Source: Patescibacteria group bacterium (GTDB lineage: Bacteria; Patescibacteriota; Patescibacteriia; Patescibacteriales; UBA12465). From it: 64,000 nt of DNA. The stretch's first letter is position 1. The number at the start of each line of letters is the position of its first letter. The translations under genes and the position numbers were made by a program. Below, piece by piece: positions 44,376 to 54,223 of this stretch. Under the pieces are notes generated by a model that saw only the letters and a list, made by a program, of their open reading frames with translations, was not told where the DNA came from and did not search any database. The stretch is taken from positions 197,869 to 261,868 of the forward strand of contig JBAZNJ010000001.1 of NCBI GenBank assembly GCA_041649315.1, read 5' to 3'.

Positions 44376-45744
44376 ATAACCCACCCTCCTTTCTATTAAT
44401 TATTTTCTTTTCTATTAACTTATCTTTCTTAGCTAAACGCTCCTTAATCTTTTTATAAACCACGGTCTCTTGTGCCCCGGAATCAATATCGCGCATTAAA
44501 ATAGTCCCGTCCATAATCTCTTTTTTCCCTAAAATCAAGGCAGTTTTTGCGCCTAAAGCCGTCGCTTCCTCTAATTGTGTCTTTAAACTATCCGCGGCGA
44601 ATGATTGGCGGACCTTAAAACCGGATTGATGTAAATCATTAAATAATTGCATTGACTTTATCTTCGCCTGATCACCAAGCTGAGCGATAAAAATAACTTC
44701 TTCTTCTTTTTTATCAAACAAAGATTGCTTATCTTTTATTCGCATCACTGTCCGTTCCAGGCCGATCGCCAAACCAACAGCCGGCGTTTCCGGGCCACCT
44801 AAATTTTCAACCAAAGAATCATAGCGTCCGCCCCCGGCCAGCGCCATCTTGCCTAAGACCGCGCCGTCTTCATTCAAAGGCCAGAATTCAAAAACCGTAT
44901 CATTATAATAATTCAAACCGCGAACCAAATAAGGATTAAAATTATAATTAACATCAAGCTCGTCTAAAAATTCCAAGGTCTTGGCAAAATGCTCGCGGCT
45001 TTCCGCCGACAAAAAATCAGCAATCTGCGGCGCTTCTTCCCGTTCCTTAACGCAAGTGTCCTCTTTGCAATCTAATAAGCTCAAGCAATATTTGCCTAAG
45101 TTCTTCTTGCAATTATTACACAATTTTGAACGCCGTCCTCTTTCCTTATAAAAAGCCAAAAGTTTCGCGCTATAATCTTTCCGGCAATCAAGATCTCCGA
45201 TGCTATTGATCTGAACCTGGATCTTTATCTGCAAATCCGCAAAAAAATTATAAACCGCCGCGATCAACAAGGCCTCGGATAGAGGTTTCTTTTCGCCGAT
45301 TATTTCTATATTAGCCTGCGTTGATTCACGATAACGACCGGTCTGCAATTTCTCATGGCGGAAAATCGACCCGAGAGAAAAAAGACGGACTAATGAGGCG
45401 TTTTCATTCAAATTATTTTCTAAATAAGCGCGGATTACGCCCTGGGTTATTTCCGGCCGCAAGATTACCCGTTCACTTTTTTCCCCTTCAACAAAATAAA
45501 ATTCCTTATCCGTATTCTTGCGCGTGGATTTTTTATACAAATCAAAACTTTCTAAAATCGGCGTCTTAATCGGAGAAAAATTATAGATCTTGGCAAAATT
45601 TAAAAGCTTATCAGACACCAATTCAAAATAACGCGCTTCCGGGCCAACAAAATCTTTCATGCCTAAAAGCCGCTTTGAAGTTTTATTATTTTTCTTTTCA
45701 ATTTTTTGCGCCGTTTCCGGAGCATTTTTTTTCGGTCTAGGCAT
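44362..45744 (-). CDS. hisS: histidine--tRNA ligase
   Basis: Class II motifs (LRPEITQGVIRAY; FRHEKLQTGRYRE; GGGRYD) and a C-terminal anticodon-binding domain. 460 aa with a short basic N-terminal extension. Confidence 0.93.
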   Translation of the reverse strand: MPRPKKNAPETAQKIEKKNNKTSKRLLGMKDFVGPEARYFELVSDKLLNFAKIYNFSPIKTPILESFDLYKKSTRKNTDKEFYFVEGEKSERVILRPEITQGVIRAYLENNLNENASLVRLFSLGSIFRHEKLQTGRYRESTQANIEIIGEKKPLSEALLIAAVYNFFADLQIKIQVQINSIGDLDCRKDYSAKLLAFYKERGRRSKLCNNCKKNLGKYCLSLLDCKEDTCVKEREEAPQIADFLSAESREHFAKTLEFLDELDVNYNFNPYLVRGLNYYNDTVFEFWPLNEDGAVLGKMALAGGGRYDSLVENLGGPETPAVGLAIGLERTVMRIKDKQSLFDKKEEEVIFIAQLGDQAKIKSMQLFNDLHQSGFKVRQSFAADSLKTQLEEATALGAKTALILGKKEIMDGTILMRDIDSGAQETVVYKKIKERLAKKDKLIEKKIINRKEGGLYGGL

Positions 45745-45751
45745 ATAAAAT

Positions 45752-46318
45752 TTAATTATATTGCGGCCAATAATCTTTATTAAAAACCATTACCTTATCT
45801 AAAGGCCAACCGCGGAATAAAATTTTTCCCGTGATAAAACTTTTATGGACCGGGCCGAAACTCCGCGAATCTTTTGAGGCATTGCGGTTATCTCCTAAAA
45901 CATAATACTCATCCGAGCCAATCGTAATTTTTTCTTCACTATTATTAAAAGTCGTCAAATCTTCCGGCAAATATTCTTCGTTTAAAACAAGCCCTGTCGG
46001 ATTTTCTTCATTAAAAATATTAATTTGGCCGTCTTTAATCTGGATACTCTCGCCCGGCAAGCCGATTACTCTTTTAATAAAATATTCCTGCGGATTGCGG
46101 GGATAACGGAAAACAATAACCTGGCCGCGTTCCGGCGGCGTAAAGCGATAGCTAAGCTCATCGATTATCAGATATTCATGGTCATGGAAATTCGGTTCCA
46201 TAGACGCACCTTTGACATAAAAAGGTTGAATTAAAAAATAACGCACCGGTAAAATAATCGCTAGAGAAATAGCGACCACTTTAGTTATTTCCCAAATAAA
46301 TATAAGAAATTTTCTCAT
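45752..46318 (-). CDS. lepB: signal peptidase I
   Basis: GASMEPNF (catalytic Ser), KRVIGLPGE (Lys box) and GDNRNASKDSR. The start is set at ATG 46318 (MRKFLIF); the track ORF starts at an upstream TTG. Confidence 0.9.
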   Translation of the reverse strand: MRKFLIFIWEITKVVAISLAIILPVRYFLIQPFYVKGASMEPNFHDHEYLIIDELSYRFTPPERGQVIVFRYPRNPQEYFIKRVIGLPGESIQIKDGQINIFNEENPTGLVLNEEYLPEDLTTFNNSEEKITIGSDEYYVLGDNRNASKDSRSFGPVHKSFITGKILFRGWPLDKVMVFNKDYWPQYN

Positions 46319-46458
46319 AAAAAATAAAATAATCTTTAAAGATTTGGCAGCCGGTCTTAATACGAAACCTGTTGCCAAATACTATTTTTATCCTAAGTTC
46401 CTTAAAAAACACGACAATCAGCTCTTAGTATATCAGAAAAATAAAAAAAAATCAAATC

Positions 46459-46580
46459 ACTTATTTTAGCTGATATTTAATAAATAAACATCGCATCCCC
46501 ATAACTGAAGAAGCGGTAATGGCGGCGGATAGCCTCCTGATAGGCGCGATTGATATATTCTTTGCCGGCTAAAGCGGAAA
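46459..46580 (-). pseudogene. displaced copy of the queA 3' end (last ~33 codons + stop + 18 nt), att-like direct repeat A
   Basis: 115/122 nt identical to 48199-48320. It translates [32 protein letters not shown] but has no upstream queA body. Confidence 0.85.
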
Positions 46581-48198
46581 TAAAAAAAGCGACAATTTTA
46601 GCCGCTTCTTATTTACAAATTCCTCCTGCGACAAACCCGCAGGATTAATTAATTAATATTTTTTGTATTTGCCACCCCGACGACAAATACTTACTGACCG
46701 CCACTATATAGACTCCGGCTTCTATTGGCTTCCAAGTAACCTCATTTTTTTCAAAAAAAGAGACGACTTTCCGGCCACAAATATCAAATATTTGTATTTG
46801 ACACTCATGACCATTATTTACAACTATAGTTAGCTCATCGGCGCCGGCGATACATGGATTCGGAAAAATTTTTATTGCCTCCTTTATTGCCTCCTTTAAT
46901 ATTTCATTTCTTCCAACACTTAGTAATGTGTCTTCTGTAACAGCCGAGGAATCAACAACCGGATCATTACCGGCGGAATCTATCTCTGCAACATTATACG
47001 GCGGAATTACTAATTTGAATAATGAATCGCCACTGATGAAAAAAGCCGTATTCCCAAAACTGGCAAGATTATCAACTTCGCCATTCCAAACTTTTTGAAA
47101 AAGTGGTTGGTAGGTTTCAGTTTCTTCATTCCTAAAAAAATTAGTCTGACCGGATTTTAAACAGGAATACATTAAACCTTCTTGCCCTCCTTTAAATAAT
47201 ATATTATCAGGAGAAGAAGAAAGAGAAAAAAGAGAAAAAATAGATGTATTATTAACTACAAATATAGTATCTAAATATTTTCCTTGCCCGCCTGGCCACA
47301 TTCCGTTAAACATCATAACCACTTCTTCATTGGCGATAATTTGTCTCCCCCCTCTTAACCCGAAAAAATCCTCACTATAAATGGTTTTTCCGTTACAATA
47401 TTCCCGCACTTTCCAGGTATTATAGTAATCAGAAAAAACTATATAAAGCTTTCCGCATCGCGCAATACAATCAGAAAAAAAAGCATAATAATGTTCTCCT
47501 CGCGGACTTACCGTCCCGGTAGTGTCAAATTCTTTTTCCCAAACATCCCCATTTAAACAAAAAATTAAGGATGTATCTGGAAGCAAATCGCCATATCGCC
47601 AAGCGATTAAATACCATTTATTATCTAACATAGCCGCACTTCGAGCGCTTTTAATAATAGTATCTAAAATAAAGGGGGTGTTTTGTTTTTTTCTAAATAT
47701 TTCCCCCTTAGCGCTAATCGCTAAAATTTCTTTTATTTGCTCGGCGACAACAATATTTGTTATTGCTTCTTCAGAAATTTTTTCTACAGAAATTTCATTT
47801 CCATCAGCAATCAAAATTGAACCATCTCCCATAGCAACAATAACAGTGCTATCGTCAATCGCACTCATAGCCATACTGGCAGCAGGAAGATTTGAAATAC
47901 TATTAATCCGAACCGAATCTGAAAAATCAGAACTCGTATGAGCTAATACGCTACCAACTGCTAAGCTAAAACTTAATAATAATACTATTTTCATCATTTT
48001 TAATTTTTAATTAATACTTATATTTAATTACTCATTAAGCCCCTGAAAATAAAGTGATCTGAAGAAGATGTCAGAAACTTAAAGAATAATTAAATATGAG
48101 TAAATAATCATTATTTTTGTTAAAGGGCTAATAATTCTTATCAAACTACCACAAACAAAAAAATAAGTCAAACATAAGAATAAAACGCTTTAATATTG
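46581..48198 (-). mobile_element. 1.6-kb low-GC insertion (island remnant) between the two queA 3'-end repeats; no recombinase present
   Basis: Bounded by the 122-bp direct repeats and carrying a single ORF. AT-rich: for example, 47221-47280 has 10 G+C of 60 by hand count. Confidence 0.5.
46645..47997 (-). CDS. secreted protein with a T9SS-type (Por) C-terminal sorting domain (450 aa)
   Basis: Signal peptide MMKIVLLLSFSLAVGSVLA. The C-terminus IKIFPNPCIAGADELTIVVNN..CQIQIFDICGRKVVSF...IEAGVYIVAVS....QIQKILIN matches the Por_Secre_tail pattern (PNP..., iyD..Gr.V, GvY.v.v, K..k). Confidence 0.7.
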   Translation of the reverse strand: MMKIVLLLSFSLAVGSVLAHTSSDFSDSVRINSISNLPAASMAMSAIDDSTVIVAMGDGSILIADGNEISVEKISEEAITNIVVAEQIKEILAISAKGEIFRKKQNTPFILDTIIKSARSAAMLDNKWYLIAWRYGDLLPDTSLIFCLNGDVWEKEFDTTGTVSPRGEHYYAFFSDCIARCGKLYIVFSDYYNTWKVREYCNGKTIYSEDFFGLRGGRQIIANEEVVMMFNGMWPGGQGKYLDTIFVVNNTSIFSLFSLSSSPDNILFKGGQEGLMYSCLKSGQTNFFRNEETETYQPLFQKVWNGEVDNLASFGNTAFFISGDSLFKLVIPPYNVAEIDSAGNDPVVDSSAVTEDTLLSVGRNEILKEAIKEAIKIFPNPCIAGADELTIVVNNGHECQIQIFDICGRKVVSFFEKNEVTWKPIEAGVYIVAVSKYLSSGWQIQKILIN

Positions 48199-48320
48199 AC
48201 TTATTTTAGCTGATATTTAATAAATAAACATTGCGTCCCCATAGCTGAAGAAGCGGTAATGGCGGCGGATAGCCTCCTGATAGGCGCGATTAATATGCTC
48301 CTTGCCGGCTAAAGCGGAAA
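48199..48320 (-). repeat. att-like direct repeat B (functional 3' end of queA)
   Basis: See 46459-46580. The offset between copies is 1740 bp. Confidence 0.85.
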
Positions 48321-49338
48321 CCAACATTAAAAGCGTTGATTTCGGCAGATGGAAATTAGTTATTAGCGCGTCTATGATTTTAAATTCATAGCTGGGATAA
48401 ATAAATATATCGGTCCATAAAGAGCGAGATTTAAGACCGTCTTGTCCATCGTGCCAATCAAGCGACTCCAAAACCCGGCAACTAGTCGTCCCGACCGGGA
48501 TAATTCGTCCACCCGATTTTTTCGTCGCTAAGATTGCTTTAATCGTCGCCGCGCTTATTTCCGCAAATTCGCTATGCATCTTATGCTCATTGATTTTTTC
48601 CGTTTTTACCGGCGCGAAAGTCCCGAGCCCGACATGTAAAGTCACATATACTATTTTTACGCCTTTAGCTTTTATTTTCTTCAACAGGCCTTTAGTAAAA
48701 TGCAATCCGGCCGTCGGAGCGGCCGCCGAACCGACTTTATGTTCGTCGGCAAAAACGGTTTGATAATTTTCCTTATCGCCGACAACTTTTTTATTGCGCT
48801 TAATATAGGGCGGCAGAGGAACAATACCAATCTTGTTAATCGTTTTCCAAAAAGCCGCCCCGCCTTGATTAAACTTTACCTGCCAAGTGCCGTCCTGATT
48901 ATTTTTTAAAATTTCTGCTTTTAATCCAGCTCGTTTCCGTTCGACTGTTTTTTTTCCGGCCGCAATCACTTTGTTCGTGTTTGATGTTAGCAAAAATTCC
49001 ACAACCTGCCTCTCTTTAACCCGTCCGCCGATTAAACACTCCCAAACATTGGCGGACGCTTTACTATCGCTTAATTTACGATGCAAAAAAACTTCCACCG
49101 CCCCGCCGGTCTCCGCTTTCCGTCCGATTAGCCGCGCCGGAAAAACTTTAGAGTTATTCAAAACTAGAAGATCGCCGGGCTTAAAATAATCGACTAAATC
49201 ATAAAAATGTTTATGCTCCATCGCCCCGGTTTTTTTATTCAATAACAAAAGCCGCGAATGGTCTCGCGGTTTAACCGGTTTTTGGGCGATGAGCTCGGGA
49301 GGTAATTTATAATCAAAATCGGATACAGTATAGGACAT
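48217..49338 (-). CDS. queA: S-adenosylmethionine:tRNA ribosyltransferase-isomerase
   Basis: MSYTVSDFDYKLPPELIAQKP... matches the QueA N-terminus, with the C-terminal ...SYGDAMFIY. The start is set at ATG 49338, 5 nt after the upstream stop. Confidence 0.93.
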   Translation of the reverse strand: MSYTVSDFDYKLPPELIAQKPVKPRDHSRLLLLNKKTGAMEHKHFYDLVDYFKPGDLLVLNNSKVFPARLIGRKAETGGAVEVFLHRKLSDSKASANVWECLIGGRVKERQVVEFLLTSNTNKVIAAGKKTVERKRAGLKAEILKNNQDGTWQVKFNQGGAAFWKTINKIGIVPLPPYIKRNKKVVGDKENYQTVFADEHKVGSAAAPTAGLHFTKGLLKKIKAKGVKIVYVTLHVGLGTFAPVKTEKINEHKMHSEFAEISAATIKAILATKKSGGRIIPVGTTSCRVLESLDWHDGQDGLKSRSLWTDIFIYPSYEFKIIDALITNFHLPKSTLLMLVSALAGKEHINRAYQEAIRRHYRFFSYGDAMFIY

Positions 49339-49342
49339 AGAT

Positions 49343-49936
49343 TTAAACATTTTTTCTTTTAACCGTAATTTTTCGCCTAACAATAAGCAGTCCAATAAAA
49401 GCGCTATTAGAAACGACCAGGGCGGCGGGGTAAAGCCAGGTCGTCGGATTATAAGCCTCTAGGGCAAATAGACTTAAGATAATTCCAATCGTAGTTATAA
49501 TAAAAGTCGGCAAAGTTTCTTCATGCGGCTTATAATAAGCTTTACGAAAAGTTGGAACATAGGCCAGGGTATCAATAACAATTGCTAAAATAACGGCGGA
49601 TAAAGGATTACTAGTTAATAGCCATAAAACCAAGGCTAAAATTGCGCCCCCAAAAGACAATTTATCAATCAAGGTAATATTTCTTTCCCCTCTTTTAATT
49701 GCCAAAGCAAATATAATCAGACAAACTAAAGCCGTTGTTCCGTTAGCCCAAGACCCGGCGCCCGCGCCTTTAACCACTTGCGCCGCGTAAGTTATTCCTC
49801 CTAATAAGCCCCAAACTAACCAAGAAAAGATATGGGGCTTGGCTCTTCCTTTAAAAATATCCCGAAAATATGGGATATAAGCTAGGACAGCAACAATGGA
49901 AGCGACGGCCCCTAAGATTATTTTATAATTGTTCAT
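49343..49936 (-). CDS. polytopic membrane protein with an internal two-fold repeat (PQ-loop/SWEET-like layout)
   Basis: AYIPYFRDIFKGRAKPH and AYVPTFRKAYYKPHEET occur at equivalent positions of two 3-TM halves. 197 aa. Confidence 0.45.
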   Translation of the reverse strand: MNNYKIILGAVASIVAVLAYIPYFRDIFKGRAKPHIFSWLVWGLLGGITYAAQVVKGAGAGSWANGTTALVCLIIFALAIKRGERNITLIDKLSFGGAILALVLWLLTSNPLSAVILAIVIDTLAYVPTFRKAYYKPHEETLPTFIITTIGIILSLFALEAYNPTTWLYPAALVVSNSAFIGLLIVRRKITVKRKNV

Positions 49937-49947
49937 CTGGAATAAAA

Positions 49948-50970
49948 TTAAACCAATCTCCCCATTCCCGGTTCTTTTAATCCTAAATGCTGATAGCCGA
50001 GCGCAGTAACGATTCGGCCGCGCGGCGAACGATCAAGGAAACCGAGCTGCATTAAATATGGTTCATAAATATTTTCAATCGTATCCATTTCCTCGCCGGT
50101 CGCGGCGGCAAGCGTATTAAGTCCAACCGGTCCGCCCTTGAATTTATCAACAATTGTCTCTAAAATCCGGCGATCAATTAAATCCAAACCGAGCTCATCT
50201 ACTTCCAATAATTCAAAGGCGCCCAGGCAATCATCAACCGTAATCCGACCATCGCCTTTGACTTCGCAATAATCGCGCACCCGCTTTAACAAGCGATTGG
50301 CGATGCGCGGTGTCCGGCGGCTACGGGAAGCAATCGCGCCCATAGCTTCCGGTTCTATCTCCGTTTGTAAAATCTTGGCGCTCCGACCGATAATTTTTTC
50401 AATATCCTCGTTCTCATAAAAACTTAAATGATGCGTAACGCCAAAACGATCGCGAAGCGGCGCCGAAAGCAAACTAGCTAAAGTCGTCGCGCCGATAATC
50501 GTAAACTTCGGCAAATCAAGGCGCAAAGTCCGAGCACTCGGCCCCTTGCCCATAATAATATCTAGGGCGTAATCTTCCATGGCCGGATATAAAATTTCTT
50601 CCACGGTTTTATGGAGCCGGTGAATCTCGTCAATGAATAAAATATCGCCGGCTTCAAGGTTCGTTAAAATCGCGGCTAAGTCGCCGCTTTTCTCAATCGC
50701 CGGGCCGGAAGTAACCCGAATATTCGCGCCGGTTTCATTGGCAATAACATGCGCCAAAGTCGTTTTGCCAAGTCCGGGGGCGCCGTAAAGTAAAACATGT
50801 TCAATCGGCTCTTCACGCTTTTTGGCGGCCGCAATAGTAATCTCCAGATTTTTCTTAATCCGCTCCTGCCCGACATATTCGCCGAGGGTCTTCGGACGTA
50901 AAGAAAGATCCAAGGCCTCATCGCCTTGGCGTTCAATCGGACTGATTAAGCGGTCTTTATCATTAGACAT
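49948..50970 (-). CDS. ruvB: Holliday junction branch migration ATPase RuvB
   Basis: [13 protein letters not shown], Walker [10 protein letters not shown], Walker [10 protein letters not shown]. The start is set at ATG 50970 (MSNDKD). Confidence 0.97.
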   Translation of the reverse strand: MSNDKDRLISPIERQGDEALDLSLRPKTLGEYVGQERIKKNLEITIAAAKKREEPIEHVLLYGAPGLGKTTLAHVIANETGANIRVTSGPAIEKSGDLAAILTNLEAGDILFIDEIHRLHKTVEEILYPAMEDYALDIIMGKGPSARTLRLDLPKFTIIGATTLASLLSAPLRDRFGVTHHLSFYENEDIEKIIGRSAKILQTEIEPEAMGAIASRSRRTPRIANRLLKRVRDYCEVKGDGRITVDDCLGAFELLEVDELGLDLIDRRILETIVDKFKGGPVGLNTLAAATGEEMDTIENIYEPYLMQLGFLDRSPRGRIVTALGYQHLGLKEPGMGRLV

Positions 50971-50984
50971 ATATATAATAGTAG

Positions 50985-53900
50985 CTAAACTTCCCGAAAC
51001 TCGCAAATGGAATTAAAATCGCAGAATTTGCACATCGGCGACGGGGTCGGCGCAAAATCACGTTTCTTAATCGCCGCGATTTCCGCATTTATTTCTAAAC
51101 GGAGCTTATCAATTTCCTTCTCCGTCGCGACAAAGGAAACTTTAGCGCCGCTCTCTAAATAATAATAGCTAAGGTGGCTCACTTTAATCTTTAAAAATTC
51201 TTCTAAAAATAATTGATATAAAATTAACTGGCGTTTAGTCGCGAAATCAAGTTTTTTATCCTTTCCGGTCTTATAATCAACAATTTCCAAAGTACCGTCG
51301 CCAAGCTTATCTACCCGGTCAATCGTGCCTTTAATAACATCCTCGCCGACCTTGAAAGAAAATTTCTTTTCTAAGAATAAGATTTCGGCCGGCGGAGCGG
51401 TCTGGTAATCTTTCAAAAATTTCTTCAAGGCCTCCCGGCCTTTATTTTTATATTTTTCCCGATCTTCTTTATTCGGATAACCGTCCGTCTGCCAAAACTC
51501 GGCATAAATTTCCATTAATCTTTTCTCACTAAATAATTCAGCCATAATTTCCGCTTCACTTTTTTTCTTAGCGCCTTTTTTCTCATTAAGCGCGGCGAAC
51601 AAATCGCTCTGGACCTTGCGCCGCTCGCTTAAGGTCGGTAAAAGAAAATTATATAGAGTATTATGAAGTACGCGGCCAAAAATTAACGAGGCTTTATCCC
51701 CGGAAGCGGGAATTTTTAAAATAAAAGCGAATTTATATTGCAAGGGGCAAACCGAATAAGCGGCCAGTTGCGAAAAAGAAAATTTTTCCGGAAGCGGATA
51801 TTTTTCTTCTGGTGTTTTTTCCCGAACCGCCGAAATTTCCCGAGCGTTTAGATAATGCAAATCGCGTAAAAATTCATTTTTATCGCTTAAAGAAATTTCC
51901 GGAACAATTTCGCTGCTTAAGCCCATCTCGGCAATAAAACGTGACGGCTTTTTCTCGCGCGCGCCGCCGTAATCTTTCGCTCCAGTCAGATATAATTCCT
52001 CTTTGGCCCGCGTCGCCGCTACATAAAATAAACGCCGCTCTTCTTCTAAATGAAATTCGCCCTCGGTCGCGACTTTTTCTTTTACCAAGGTCTCGGGAAT
52101 AGAAATTTTTTCACTTCGCGCAATAGTCGGAAATTTCTTATCAACTAAATTAACAATAAAAACATATTTAAATTCCAGGCCCTTGGCCCCGTGAACCGTC
52201 ATTATTTTAACCGTATCGTGATCGGCAAAATCTAACTTCAAAGCGCCGGTCTCGCCCGCTTCTAACTCTAAATCAATCGCGGTCATAAAATCTTTTAAGC
52301 GCAAATCCGGCTCGGTTTCTTCAAGTTTTTTTATTTTCTGGTAAAACTGATTAAGATAAGAAAATTGTTCTAAGTCGCGATCGCGATCCAGACCGGCTAA
52401 AAGTCCGGAGTCATAAGCAAAATGTAAAAATATCTTGGTCGGCTTGGCATCTTTTGCCAGTTGCGAATGCTGATCAATAAGCGTTAATAATTTATTAATA
52501 TTCTTCACACTCTCAGCGCTCAAGCCCGGAATCGCATTAATATTCTTTAAAGCTTCATAAAGCGACCAGACCTTGCGCGCCGCCATTTTATTTATATTAA
52601 CAAGATCAAGATGCGAGACCTTAAAAGCTTCCATATTCAAGACCCGGAATAAAGCGGCTGATTCATGATAATTATCAAGCAGGCGAAAATAGGCGAGAAT
52701 ATCAAGAATCAATGGTTTATAATAAAGCCCGCGCCAGGACATAAACTGGTTAGGCAAGCCTTGACGATTTAACTCCTTAACATAAGGCTCGGCGGTATCG
52801 TTCGCCCGGACTAAAATCGCAAAGTCCGACCAACTGACCGCTTCTTCCGCGGACGCCTTATCCTGTCCGGCGGCATAAAGTTCTTTAATTCGTTGCGCGA
52901 CAAAAGAAATCTCTTCACTGGCCGCTTCAAAATTTAGCCACTTCACCGCCGGCTCGGTTCGCGGCTTTTTTGCAACCGCGCCCTTGGCCGCCAACTTCTT
53001 ATTAATCTTTAATTTTACCTCTAAACGATTCGGATTATTATGTTGAATAAATTTATAAGCGTAATCAAGAATTTCCTGCCGCGAACGATAATTCTCGGTC
53101 AAAACAATTTCCTCGGCCTTAGGGAAGTCATCTTTAAATTGCATGATATTAGAAATAGAGGCGCCCCGAAATTTATAGATAGCTTGATCATCGCAGCCCA
53201 CGACCACTAAATTATTCTTCGGCGCCGCTAAAATCTTCACTAATTCATACTGCGCCCAATTCGTGTCCTGAAACTCATCAACCATAATATACTTAAATTT
53301 ATCCCGATAAAATTTTAGAATGTTCGGCCGCTCCCGGAATAATTTTAAGGTATAAACAATCAAATCGCCAAAATCAAGATAATTATTTTCCAATAATAAC
53401 TGATTATAAATATGATAGGCATTAGCTAATTCCTTAATCCGACCAATTTCCATTTCTTCGCCGTCATCGTCATCATCGGCTTCGCCATCATCAGCCGCGC
53501 CCGCTTTTTTTCGCCCGACCGTCCCGACTTCCGCGGCCATAACTTTCTCGATCTTTTTTTTCGGAACCGCTTTCGCTTTCCGACTTATTTTTTTCCCGCT
53601 CAATCTCTCATCTTTATCCGACTCTAGTTCTTCTGCGTATTTTAAATATTCGGCCGCCGAAATATTTTCGTCCTTCAAGCGGGAAAAATGCTTAATCAGC
53701 TCGGAAATAAATTTTGTCGGGTTGCCGAGTGGCCGATAATAATCAAGATTAAAACGATTCAAATTTTTCTTAATTAAAACCCATTGGTCAGTCGTATTTA
53801 ATAAACGGAAACTGGCGCTTAAACCGATATCTAAACCAAATTCCCGTAAAATCCGCTCGCCAAAACTATGAAAAGTACTGATCCATAAATCAACATAACC

Positions 53901-54137
53901 ATAAGGCAAAATCTTATCCGCCCGTTCCTCCATCTCGCCGGCCGCTTTTTCCGTAAAGGTTAAAAGCAAAATTTCCTCGGTTGAAACTTTTTTTTCCGTA
54001 ATTAAATAAGCCAAGCGGTTAATTAAAACCGTGGTCTTGCCGGTACCGGCGCCGGCCACGATTAAAAGCGGACCGGCCTCATGGATAACGGCCGCCTGTT
54101 GGGCACTGTTTAGATTTTTTAATGATTCTTGATTCAT
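50985..54137 (-). CDS. UvrD/PcrA-family helicase fused to a C-terminal PD-(D/E)xK nuclease with a Cas4/AddB-type 4-Cys cluster
   Basis: Helicase motifs (AGAGTGKTT; MVDEFQDTN; [10 protein letters not shown]). Nuclease motifs GTIDRVD...[10 protein letters not shown]...QLILYQ. Cysteines VCPLQY and [10 protein letters not shown]. An acidic insert reads [18 protein letters not shown]. Confidence 0.85.
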   Translation of the reverse strand: MNQESLKNLNSAQQAAVIHEAGPLLIVAGAGTGKTTVLINRLAYLITEKKVSTEEILLLTFTEKAAGEMEERADKILPYGYVDLWISTFHSFGERILREFGLDIGLSASFRLLNTTDQWVLIKKNLNRFNLDYYRPLGNPTKFISELIKHFSRLKDENISAAEYLKYAEELESDKDERLSGKKISRKAKAVPKKKIEKVMAAEVGTVGRKKAGAADDGEADDDDDGEEMEIGRIKELANAYHIYNQLLLENNYLDFGDLIVYTLKLFRERPNILKFYRDKFKYIMVDEFQDTNWAQYELVKILAAPKNNLVVVGCDDQAIYKFRGASISNIMQFKDDFPKAEEIVLTENYRSRQEILDYAYKFIQHNNPNRLEVKLKINKKLAAKGAVAKKPRTEPAVKWLNFEAASEEISFVAQRIKELYAAGQDKASAEEAVSWSDFAILVRANDTAEPYVKELNRQGLPNQFMSWRGLYYKPLILDILAYFRLLDNYHESAALFRVLNMEAFKVSHLDLVNINKMAARKVWSLYEALKNINAIPGLSAESVKNINKLLTLIDQHSQLAKDAKPTKIFLHFAYDSGLLAGLDRDRDLEQFSYLNQFYQKIKKLEETEPDLRLKDFMTAIDLELEAGETGALKLDFADHDTVKIMTVHGAKGLEFKYVFIVNLVDKKFPTIARSEKISIPETLVKEKVATEGEFHLEEERRLFYVAATRAKEELYLTGAKDYGGAREKKPSRFIAEMGLSSEIVPEISLSDKNEFLRDLHYLNAREISAVREKTPEEKYPLPEKFSFSQLAAYSVCPLQYKFAFILKIPASGDKASLIFGRVLHNTLYNFLLPTLSERRKVQSDLFAALNEKKGAKKKSEAEIMAELFSEKRLMEIYAEFWQTDGYPNKEDREKYKNKGREALKKFLKDYQTAPPAEILFLEKKFSFKVGEDVIKGTIDRVDKLGDGTLEIVDYKTGKDKKLDFATKRQLILYQLFLEEFLKIKVSHLSYYYLESGAKVSFVATEKEIDKLRLEINAEIAAIKKRDFAPTPSPMCKFCDFNSICEFREV

Positions 54138-54223
54138 TTTACATTTAATAATCTACTTTAATCTTTTTTTGCTTTCCGATTTTAATAATCATTTCAAGTA
54201 GGGGACAATTTGTCCCCCTTTTC

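Noticed and set aside
54185-54215. A GGGGACA-ATT-TGTCCCC hairpin considered as terminator of the M16 peptidase gene.
   Set aside because: The T-run lies on the plus strand, where no gene ends. On the relevant minus strand no U-tract follows the hairpin.
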